Source: Thermoplasmata archaeon (GTDB lineage Archaea > Thermoplasmatota > Thermoplasmata > RBG-16-68-12 > JAJISG01). From it: 64,000 nucleotides of DNA. Numbering within the stretch: position 1 is the stretch's first letter; each line of letters starts with the position of its first letter. Location of the stretch: contig JBHIBO010000006.1 of NCBI GenBank assembly GCA_046759185.1, positions 992 to 64,991 on the forward strand, in the 5' to 3' direction. Positions 56,439 through 64,000 of the stretch are shown in pieces. Both the position numbers and the translations under genes were made by a program. The notes under the pieces are model-generated. The model was not told the origin of the DNA, searched no databases, and worked only from the letters and a program-made list of their open reading frames with translations.

Positions 56439-57374
56439 ATGCAGATTGCCTTTCTGGGCACGAGCGGCAGCATGCCCTCCCCCCACCGAAACGTCTCCGC
56501 CATCGCCATCAAACGCGAGGGGGAGATCATCCTCATGGACTGCGGCGAGGGAACCCAGCGGCAGTTCATGCTGAGCAAGCTCTCCTTCATGCAGGTCTCC
56601 CGGATCCTCCTCAGCCACTTCCACGGGGACCACTTCCTCGGCCTCCCAGGCCTCGTCATGACCATGTCCCTGAACGATCGGAGCGAACCCCTCGAGATCT
56701 ACGGACCCACCGGCACCGTGCGGACGGTCCGGGCCCTCTTGGACATCAACCTCTTCAGGCCGACCTTCGAGACCCGGGTCCGGGACCTCGAACCCGGGGA
56801 TGAGGTGGACTGCGGGGACTACTGGATCAAGGTGACCGATTCTCCTCACCTCGTGCCCTGCCTCACCTTCGCCCTCGAGGAGAAGCCGCGGCCCGGGCGT
56901 TTCCACCTGGAAAAGGCCCAGGCCATCGGCATCCCGGAAGGCCCCCTCTACCGCCGGCTCCAGCAAGGGCAAGCCATCGAGTGGAAGGGGAAACACGTCG
57001 CCCCCCAGGACGTCATGGGCCCACCCCGCCGCGGCCGGAAGATCGTCTACACCGGTGACACGCGTCCCAACGAGGGCCTCATCCCCTTCGCCCGGGATTG
57101 CGATGTCCTCATCCATGATGCCACGGTGGAGTCCACCCTGGAGGAGCAGGCCAACGAGTATGGCCACTCCTCGGCCCGCCAAGCGGCGGAGATCGCCAAG
57201 CGGTCCGGGGTCGACATCCTCTTTCTGACGCACATCAGCCCACGCTACGGAGACCCCGAGGCCATCGAGGCGGATGCCCAGACCGTCTTCCCCCGCTCCC
57301 ACGTCGCCCAAGACTTCATGGAGTACAAAGTACCCCTCCCGGACGGGGAGGGACCGCCTCAGAAAGAGCTATAA
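56439..57374 (+). CDS. rnz: Ribonuclease Z
   Basis: FLGTSG..PS..RN, DCGEGTQRQ, SHFHGDH, GIPEGP exosite, YTGDT, HDAT, GHS, HISPRY. Confidence 0.96.
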   Translation: MQIAFLGTSGSMPSPHRNVSAIAIKREGEIILMDCGEGTQRQFMLSKLSFMQVSRILLSHFHGDHFLGLPGLVMTMSLNDRSEPLEIYGPTGTVRTVRALLDINLFRPTFETRVRDLEPGDEVDCGDYWIKVTDSPHLVPCLTFALEEKPRPGRFHLEKAQAIGIPEGPLYRRLQQGQAIEWKGKHVAPQDVMGPPRRGRKIVYTGDTRPNEGLIPFARDCDVLIHDATVESTLEEQANEYGHSSARQAAEIAKRSGVDILFLTHISPRYGDPEAIEADAQTVFPRSHVAQDFMEYKVPLPDGEGPPQKEL

Positions 57375-57417
57375 GAATCCCGTGCCTTGAGCGCGATAAC
57401 CTCCTGGGGGACCCTCC

Positions 57418-58614
57418 GTGGGCAGGAACATCATCGTCGAGGACGTCGGTCACACGCCCGTCGAGCGTCAGTACAGCGAGATAGTGGAGCGCAAGGGCGT
57501 CGGGCACCCTGACACGATCGCCGACGCCATTGCCGAGGCCGTCTCTCGGTCCCTCTCCCAGATGTACCTGGATCGCTTCGGGCGGATTCTCCATCACAAC
57601 ACGGACGAGGTGCAGATCGTGGGCGGCCAGTCAGCACCCGAGTTCGGGGGTGGCGATGTCCTAGAGCCCGCGAAGATCATCCTGGTGGGCCGGGCGACCA
57701 CGGAGGTGAACGGGCAACGCTTGCCCTTCCGGTCCGCGGCGGTGAAGGCGGCCAAGGAGTACCTGCGCCGGAACTGCACCCAGCTGGACGTGGACACGGA
57801 CGTAACCATCGATTGTCTCATCGGCCGCGGATCGGTGGACCTGCGCAAGCTCTACGATACGCAAAAGCACCTCTCCAACGATACGTCCTTTGGCGTGAGC
57901 TACGCGCCGCTGAGCGATACGGAACGCCTCGTCATGGGTACGGAGGAGTTCATCAACGGCCCCCTGAAGAACGACCTTCCCGAGGTGGGTCACGACATCA
58001 AGGTCATGGGCGTACGCCGGGGGAACGAGATTCGCCTGACCATCGCGGCGGCCATGGTGGACCGGCACATTCCCGACCAGAGTCACTACATCAGCGCCGT
58101 CGAGGAGTTGACGGACCATGTCCAAGACCATGCTCCCAAGATCACGGACAAGAACGTCACGGTGAACGTGAACACGGGGGACAACTACGACGCCGGCCTG
58201 TTCTACCTGACGGTGACGGGCCTCTCCATGGAGAACGGGGACGATGGGTCCGTCGGGCGGGGGAACCGCGTCAACGGCCTCATCACGCCCTACCGACCCA
58301 TGAGCATGGAGGCGGTGGCGGGGAAGAACCCCGTGACCCACGTCGGCAAGCTCTACAACGTCCTGGCTCGGGAGTTGGCCCAGAAGATCTACGAGGAGGC
58401 CGGCGGGAACGTCGAGGAAGTCCACCTCCGCATCGTCTCCCAGATCGGGAAACCCATCGACTACCCCCAGGCGGCGTCCGCGCAGCTGCTCATGGCGGAT
58501 GGGGTCCACATCTCGAAGGTCAAGGACGATGCGGAGCGGCTCATCGACGAGGGGTTGAGTCGCATCTCCGACCTCACAATGCGTTTCGTGAAGGGGGAAG
58601 TCCTGGTCTACTAG
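57418..58614 (+). CDS. mat: S-adenosylmethionine synthetase (archaeal type)
   Basis: EIVERKG.GHPD, ILHHNTD, NDTSFG, DIKVMG.R, E.GDDG.VGRGNR.NGLITP.RPMSMEA..GKNP..HVGK.YN. Confidence 0.96.
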   Translation: MGRNIIVEDVGHTPVERQYSEIVERKGVGHPDTIADAIAEAVSRSLSQMYLDRFGRILHHNTDEVQIVGGQSAPEFGGGDVLEPAKIILVGRATTEVNGQRLPFRSAAVKAAKEYLRRNCTQLDVDTDVTIDCLIGRGSVDLRKLYDTQKHLSNDTSFGVSYAPLSDTERLVMGTEEFINGPLKNDLPEVGHDIKVMGVRRGNEIRLTIAAAMVDRHIPDQSHYISAVEELTDHVQDHAPKITDKNVTVNVNTGDNYDAGLFYLTVTGLSMENGDDGSVGRGNRVNGLITPYRPMSMEAVAGKNPVTHVGKLYNVLARELAQKIYEEAGGNVEEVHLRIVSQIGKPIDYPQAASAQLLMADGVHISKVKDDAERLIDEGLSRISDLTMRFVKGEVLVY

Positions 58615-58630
58615 GCCAGAGGCCTGGACC

Positions 58631-59323
58631 CTAGGCTGCTTCCGCGAGGAAATCGCGGACCTTGCGAAGAACGCCTTGGAAGGACTCCCGACTCAGGAGT
58701 CCCGTGTTCGTATTCCTCGGGCTCGGATGGTACGACGCGAATAGGACGGGCGTGTCCGATTTGAACTCGTAGACCCCACCGTGCTGGAACTTGAACTGCC
58801 CCTTGCGAATGCCGAACCGTTTGGCCAGGTAACGGGCGGACGCGTTGAACGCGAGGTGCCCAAGAGCGAGAATCGCTCGCGGGTCCAGAAGATCCATCTC
58901 CTCCAGGAAGTAGGCCCCACAATTCTGAATCTCGTTAGCGACGGGGCGGTTGTCAGGAGGCACGCACCGGACGGCCGCCGTCATGTACGCGTCGCGAAGG
59001 CGAAGACCATCCTCTCGGCTCTCTGAGGTGGGCTGGTTCGCAAATCCCGCCTCGTGGAGGCCTCGCATGAGGAAGGCTGCGCTGGGGTCCCCCGTGAAAA
59101 TCCGGCCTGTTCGGTTGCCCCCGTGGGCCGCGGGAGCCAATCCGACGATGACCAGGGAGGCATCCGAGTCCCCAAACCCGGGCACGGGACGGCCCCAATA
59201 GGTCCAACCCTCATAGGCTCGCCGTTTCTTCTCAGAAATCTCCTGCCGGAAGCCCACGAGGCGGGGACAGCGAGTGCAGGTCACGATCCGCTCGCGCAGT
59301 TTCTCGAGGCCTGTGGCGTCCAC
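58631..59323 (-). CDS. Uracil-DNA glycosylase family 5 (UdgB-like, Fe-S)
   Basis: CTRCPRL, YWGRPVPGFGD, GLAPAAHGGNRTGR.FTGD, RC.PP.N.P, HPSPRNT; start uncertain. Confidence 0.92.
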   Translation of the reverse strand: MDATGLEKLRERIVTCTRCPRLVGFRQEISEKKRRAYEGWTYWGRPVPGFGDSDASLVIVGLAPAAHGGNRTGRIFTGDPSAAFLMRGLHEAGFANQPTSESREDGLRLRDAYMTAAVRCVPPDNRPVANEIQNCGAYFLEEMDLLDPRAILALGHLAFNASARYLAKRFGIRKGQFKFQHGGVYEFKSDTPVLFASYHPSPRNTNTGLLSRESFQGVLRKVRDFLAEAA

Positions 59324-59410
59324 GGGTATCGAGCGGTTGGGAGGGACAAAAGGCTTCGCCACGGACGGTCGGAGGTTTTTACCAGAACGGCCTCTACCGT
59401 CGGGGAGTGC

Positions 59411-60694
59411 ATGAACGAGGATGCCGCCTTCATCGTGGACCAAGTCGACCGCCACCACGCCTGGTTTCAGGAGTCCCTTTGCTTGATCGCGTCCGAGAAC
59501 GTCATGAGTCCGCTTGCGTTGGAGATGTACCTCTCCGACTTCGGACACCGGTATGCGGAGGGGCTACCTGGCAAACGCTACTACCAGGGCAACATCTACG
59601 TGGACGAGGTCGAGATCCGCATCACTGAGATGCTTCGCCGGATCTTCCGGTGCGAGCTCGCCGACCCCCGCCCCATCTCGGGCACGGTGGCCAATCTGGC
59701 CGTCCTCTTTGGCCTCACCAAGCCAGGAGACACGATTTCCACGGTCGCCCTATCCGACGGCGCGCACATCAGCACCGCCCAATTCGGGGCCGTGGGCGTC
59801 CGGGGTGTGAAGACCGTCACCTACCCCTGGGACGAGGAGAACATGAACATCGACCCCGACGGGGCGGCCAAGCTGATCCGGGAGGTCCGCCCCAAGCTGG
59901 CGCTCTTCGGCCAATCGGTCTTCCTGTTCCCCACCCCCCTCCGGGAATTGGAGGAGGTCTTCCTGGAGGTCGACTGCCCGGTCTGGTATGACGCCGCCCA
60001 CGTCCTGGGGCTTATCGCAGGAGGCCAATTCCAGGACCCGCTGCGAGAGGGGGCCCACGTCATCTCGGCCAGTACCCACAAGACGCTTCCCGGCCCGCAG
60101 CACGGGGTCATCCTGGCGAACCCGAAGGACGAGGACATGGAGAAGGCCCTCCGGAGGGCGATCTTCCCGGGCGTCGTGAGCAACCATCACCTCCACGCCA
60201 TGGCCGCGCTGGGCATCGCCCTGGCGGAATGGGAGGCCTTCGGGGCCGAGTACGCCGCCCAGGTCGTCCGAAACGCTCAGGCTCTGGGGCAGGCCCTGCA
60301 CGAGCGGGGGATGCGCGTCCTGGGGGAGCACCTCGGATTCACCGCCTCCCACGCCCTGGCCGTCGACGTGTCCGAGGAGGGAGGCGGCGCCCAGGTCGCT
60401 CTCGACTTGGAGCAGGCCAACCTCATCACGAACAAGAACCTCCTCTCCGGCGACACGAGCCCGGTGAAGCCCAGCGGCATCCGCCTCGGGAGCCAGGAAC
60501 TGACGCGCCTGGGCATGGGCCCGGCCGAGATGGAGGAGGTCGCTGACCTCATTGCCCGGATCGCGGTGAAGAAGGAGAAACCCGAGGTCGTTGCCCCGGA
60601 CGTGTCTGAGCTCGCTTCCCAGTTCCGGAAGGTCAAGTACTCCTTCCACCCGGAAGCCGACGCCTACCGCCGCCACGTCCTCGTGAGCGGGTAG
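59411..60694 (+). CDS. glyA: Serine hydroxymethyltransferase (archaeal type)
   Basis: LIASEN, RYAEG, SG..AN, YDAAHVLGLIAG, STHKTLPGP, FPG..SNHH, SGIRLG. Confidence 0.96.
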   Translation: MNEDAAFIVDQVDRHHAWFQESLCLIASENVMSPLALEMYLSDFGHRYAEGLPGKRYYQGNIYVDEVEIRITEMLRRIFRCELADPRPISGTVANLAVLFGLTKPGDTISTVALSDGAHISTAQFGAVGVRGVKTVTYPWDEENMNIDPDGAAKLIREVRPKLALFGQSVFLFPTPLRELEEVFLEVDCPVWYDAAHVLGLIAGGQFQDPLREGAHVISASTHKTLPGPQHGVILANPKDEDMEKALRRAIFPGVVSNHHLHAMAALGIALAEWEAFGAEYAAQVVRNAQALGQALHERGMRVLGEHLGFTASHALAVDVSEEGGGAQVALDLEQANLITNKNLLSGDTSPVKPSGIRLGSQELTRLGMGPAEMEEVADLIARIAVKKEKPEVVAPDVSELASQFRKVKYSFHPEADAYRRHVLVSG

Positions 60695-60726
60695 CATCCG
60701 GATGGGTCGTTCGCCCGGCGGCCCAG

Positions 60727-61284
60727 CTAGCCCTTGTCCACGCGTCTCCGACGTACCCAGAGGACGATGAAGGCTCCCGGGCCCGCGGCAAGGAGCGTAC
60801 CATAGAGGAGAACCAGGCCCAAGGTGCCTGCCAAGGAGTCCTGGACGTGGAAGCTCCCGGGGGCCGTGTTGATGTTTCCCGCCCCATCCTGTGCACCGAT
60901 GGCAAACCGGTAGACACCCGGAGTCTCCCAGCTTCGGTTCAGGAACCAGGAGGCGCCGAAAGGGACGAGCGTAACGTTGAGATCCAAGCCCGGGCCCTCA
61001 ATGCGAACCCAGGCCGCGCGGACCCCGCTGGCGTCCGTAATGGTGGCCCCAAGACTCACCACCTCCCCTGGGCGGGATCGTGAAGGCGTCGCACGTACAT
61101 CCACAATGGTGGGTCCCTCCAGATCCAGACCTCCCTGGCGCGCCATGGGACCGCCCAGAAGGCGCGGAGCCCCTTCCGTCCCCGCGAGAACGCTGCCCTC
61201 GACCAGGAGGGTGATGGTAAGGAGGAGGACGGGAGCGACCAGCCGGTCGGTAAGCCTCCGGAGGACGCCTCGATGGTTCGCCAT
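60727..61284 (-). CDS. Membrane-anchored protein with small Ig-like domain
   Basis: N-terminal hydrophobic segment, A.ITD.SGV...G.Y.F.I.A.D..GN, C-terminal TM + RRRR. Confidence 0.65.
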   Translation of the reverse strand: MANHRGVLRRLTDRLVAPVLLLTITLLVEGSVLAGTEGAPRLLGGPMARQGGLDLEGPTIVDVRATPSRSRPGEVVSLGATITDASGVRAAWVRIEGPGLDLNVTLVPFGASWFLNRSWETPGVYRFAIGAQDGAGNINTAPGSFHVQDSLAGTLGLVLLYGTLLAAGPGAFIVLWVRRRRVDKG

Positions 61285-61389
61285 TATGCGCCCACCCTCA
61301 TCCGCCTCGCCATCCCCAGGTTCGTCAGCCATGCAATCCATGCCAGAAATGCTTTAAGGCCTCGCTAAATCTGAACCAGAGCCAGCCGC

Positions 61390-62259
61390 ATGAACGAACT
61401 GCTCCCGAATCTGGAGGAAAAGCGCGACAAGGCGAACGTCGAGGCCGACAGGCATCGGCACCGACGGGACGAGCTGAACAACCGAACCAAGGAGTGGATC
61501 GAGAAACGAGACACCCTGAACGCCCAGGTTCGGCAGTTCATCGATGAGGCTGCTAAGCATCGGAACGAGCGGGACGCGTTGAACGAGGCGGTCCAAAGCG
61601 CGAAGGCCGAGAGGGAGACCTGGAACCGCAAGGTCTCCGAACTCCTGGACGGGCTCAATCGACTCCGTCGCCGGAAGACCCCCAAGGGGGCCGTTCCCCT
61701 GGACAAGCTCAGGCGGGACCTTCGCGGGCTGGAGTTCCGGCAGCAGACCTCCGTCCTGGCCGTGGACAAGGAACGGGACCTCATCGAACAGATCGCCCGC
61801 CTCCGCGCCGAAATCAAGGGGCGGGAGAAGGCCCTGGAGGAGGACGAAGAAGTCCAAGCTCTCACCGCGACGGTGAAGGAGACCAAGGAGACGGCCGAAC
61901 ACCACCATCAGGAGGTCACCCGCCTCGCGGACGACGCGCAGGTCCACCACGATTCCATGGTGAACCTCTACGAGCAGGCCGACACCGCGCGACGCGAGGC
62001 CGACAAGGCCCAGGAGCAGTTCATTAAGACCAAGATGATGGCCGACAAGGAGCACCAGAAGCACATCGAATTCATCCACGAGGTCCACGACTACGACAAG
62101 ATTATCCACGGCATGCGGGCCAAAGCGCGCCGTTCCCGGGAGGGCGAAGGGGAGGTCACCGTCAAGCAGGAGGCGGAGCTGATCTACGAGCGGTTCAAGA
62201 AGGGCGAGAAACTCAGCACCGAGGATCTGATGCTTCTCCAGAAGTCTGGCTACCTCTAA
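61390..62259 (+). CDS. Archaeal coiled-coil protein (COG1340-like)
   Basis: RD.LN repeats, LEF.QQT..L....E..L, AE.IYE.FK.GEKLSTEDL..LQK. Confidence 0.85.
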   Translation: MNELLPNLEEKRDKANVEADRHRHRRDELNNRTKEWIEKRDTLNAQVRQFIDEAAKHRNERDALNEAVQSAKAERETWNRKVSELLDGLNRLRRRKTPKGAVPLDKLRRDLRGLEFRQQTSVLAVDKERDLIEQIARLRAEIKGREKALEEDEEVQALTATVKETKETAEHHHQEVTRLADDAQVHHDSMVNLYEQADTARREADKAQEQFIKTKMMADKEHQKHIEFIHEVHDYDKIIHGMRAKARRSREGEGEVTVKQEAELIYERFKKGEKLSTEDLMLLQKSGYL

Positions 62260-62324
62260 TTCGGGCCGGCCAAGTTGGACGGTAGCGGGAAATCGTTAAA
62301 TAGCGCCTGTTTCCTAGCGCGAAA

Positions 62325-62397
62325 GGGGAGAGTGGGCTGGCTAGTTAGAGTGCATCCCATCCCTTCTGACAAGGCTGGCCCTCTCCCTGTTTTCTTT
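62325..62397 (+). ncRNA. Candidate stand-alone hairpin sRNA with C-rich loop
   Basis: TTAAATA box at 62296-62302; three stacked helices (GGGAGAG/CTCTCCC, GGCTGGCT/GGCTGGCC, GTTAGA/TCTGAC); 15-nt loop; T-tract at 62390-62397. Confidence 0.55.
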
Positions 62398-62498
62398 ACA
62401 GAACCTGGCTCCCAGGCCTCGCACCGACTCAGTACGCCCCCCGAGTCCCTCCGCGTCACCTTCAAATAGCTCCCCCCTCGATGGTGCGGGGAGCACCC

Positions 62499-63842
62499 AT
62501 GGAAGGTCTCGGGCAAGCCCTGAAGAACGTCCTGCGCAAGGTGGCGCGGGCTTCCCACGTCAGCGAGAAGCTCGTCAAGGAGGTGGTCCGCGATCTGCAA
62601 CGAGCCCTCCTGCAGGCGGACGTGCCCGTGGAGATGGCCCTGGCGCTGAGCCGGACGGTAGAGGAACGTGCCTTAGCCGAGAAACCCCCCGCGGGCATGA
62701 GCGGTCGGGAACACGTCATCCGGATCATCTACGAGGAGCTGGTGGCCATCCTCGGCCAGCCCCGGGAGTTGAAGTTGGGACCCCAGCGGATCCTCTTGGT
62801 CGGCCTCTACGGCCAGGGGAAGACCACTTCGGCAGCCAAGCTGGGCAAGTGGTTCCAGCGGAAAGGGCTTCGCGTGGGGCTTATCCAGGCCGACACCCAC
62901 CGCCCGGCGGCCTACGATCAGCTGAAACAACTCGCCGAAGAGCTGGCGGCCCCCTTCTACGGCGAGCGCAAGGAGAAGGACGCCCTGAAGGTGGCCCGGG
63001 CTGGGCTGAAGCGCCTCGCCGACCAGGACGTCGTCATCGTGGATTCCAGCGGTCGCCACGCCCTCGAGGACGAGCTCATCCAGGAGATCAAGGGCCTGGC
63101 CAAGGTCGTGAAGCCCAACGAGAAGGTCCTCATCCTCGACGCCACCACGGGCCAGCAGGCCGGACCTCAGGCCAAGGCCTTCCATGAGGCCGTGGGCGTC
63201 ACCGCCGTGGTTATCACCAAGCTGGACGGGACGGCCAAGGGCGGGGGAGCCCTGGGGGCCGTGGCCGAGACGGGCGCCTCCATCTCCTTCATCGGTGTGG
63301 GTGAGAAGATCGAAGACCTGGAGAAGTTCGAGCCGCCGCGCTATATCTCCCGCCTCCTCGGAATGGGGGACCTGGAGACCCTCCTAGAGCGGGCCCAGGA
63401 GGCCTTGGATCAGGAGGCCATGGAGGAGACGGCCAAGAAGCTCCTCTCGGGCCGCTTCACGCTGAAGGAGATGTACGAGCAGATGGAGGCCCTGACCAAG
63501 ATGGGTCCCCTCTCCAAGATCTTCAGCATGCTGCCCGGGGTCCCGGCGGCCCTGACCGAGGAGCAGCTGGAGGAGACCCAGGACCGCCTCACCCGCTTCC
63601 GCTTCATCATGGACTCCATGACGGAGGAGGAGCAGGAGAACCCGAAGCTGCTGAAGTCCTCCCGCATTCTTCGAATCGCGCGGGGGAGCGGCACGGACCC
63701 GAAGGAGGTGAAGGAGCTGGTGCGCTACTACAACACCTCCCGCAAGGCCATGCGTGGTCTGGCCGGCAACCGGAAGATGCGTAGGCAGCTGATGAAGCAG
63801 CTCCAGGCCGGGGGCTTCGACCTCGGCGGCCTCGGCGGGTAG
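62499..63842 (+). CDS. srp54: Signal recognition particle protein SRP54
   Basis: [48 protein letters not shown] domain (FTL, MGPL, IMDSMT, RIARGSG). Confidence 0.97.
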   Translation: MEGLGQALKNVLRKVARASHVSEKLVKEVVRDLQRALLQADVPVEMALALSRTVEERALAEKPPAGMSGREHVIRIIYEELVAILGQPRELKLGPQRILLVGLYGQGKTTSAAKLGKWFQRKGLRVGLIQADTHRPAAYDQLKQLAEELAAPFYGERKEKDALKVARAGLKRLADQDVVIVDSSGRHALEDELIQEIKGLAKVVKPNEKVLILDATTGQQAGPQAKAFHEAVGVTAVVITKLDGTAKGGGALGAVAETGASISFIGVGEKIEDLEKFEPPRYISRLLGMGDLETLLERAQEALDQEAMEETAKKLLSGRFTLKEMYEQMEALTKMGPLSKIFSMLPGVPAALTEEQLEETQDRLTRFRFIMDSMTEEEQENPKLLKSSRILRIARGSGTDPKEVKELVRYYNTSRKAMRGLAGNRKMRRQLMKQLQAGGFDLGGLGG

Positions 63843-63890
63843 CGGGCAAACCCTTTAACGCACCTGCCGGTTGCGGACCACCGGAAGCGG

Positions 63891-64000
63891 ATGTTGGGGG
63901 AAGAGCGAGAGGAGGGGACTCCGCTCCGAAGGCGCGTCCTCAACTTCCTCTCTCGGCGGCCTGTCATCGCGGGCTGGTATGGCGGCGTCCTCACCTACTT
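63891..64000 (+). CDS. 5' part of a CDS running off the right edge
   Basis: ATG 63891 after AAACCCTTTAAC promoter-like box; open frame to the edge. Confidence 0.5.
   Translation, partial: MLGEEREEGTPLRRRVLNFLSRRPVIAGWYGGVLTY

Noticed and set aside
62325..62400. Hairpin as an H/ACA guide RNA
   Set aside because: No clear pseudouridylation pocket or K-turn/K-loop, and no ACA directly at the stem base.

Overview
GC-rich archaeal chromosomal segment, most consistent with a Thermoplasmatota (Thermoplasmata-like) lineage: archaeal-type SAM synthetase, CCA enzyme, primase, Sm protein, L37e/L18a/L41e, prefoldin, FtsY/SRP54, ThyX, and TATA-box promoters with many leaderless genes. Most of the window is housekeeping (purF, prs, glyA, hutH, rnz, smc-scpA-scpB, dinB, pcm, wecB and glycosyltransferases). 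It holds four tRNA genes: Leu-TAA with two BHB introns (37/38 and a non-canonical 59/60 T-loop intron), Ala-GGC, Arg-TCT with a ~1.36 kb islet bounded by a 16-bp duplication of its 3' end, and Trp-CCA with a box C/D intron. Less ordinary items: a likely corrinoid capture/uptake cluster; a complete ECF transporter with a RibU-like S component next to cofE and a degenerate cofC (possible deazaflavin/F420 salvage); an AUA-initiated L41e missed by the ORF track; Cys-less thiolase and LMW-PTP/ArsC homologues; a ~1435-aa helical-repeat protein behind smc-scpAB; a membrane TPR-(HhH)2 protein behind priS; and three unannotated structured intergenic RNA candidates, one with a loop complementary to the smc 5' leader. 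All calls come from reading motifs by eye; no database searches were run.
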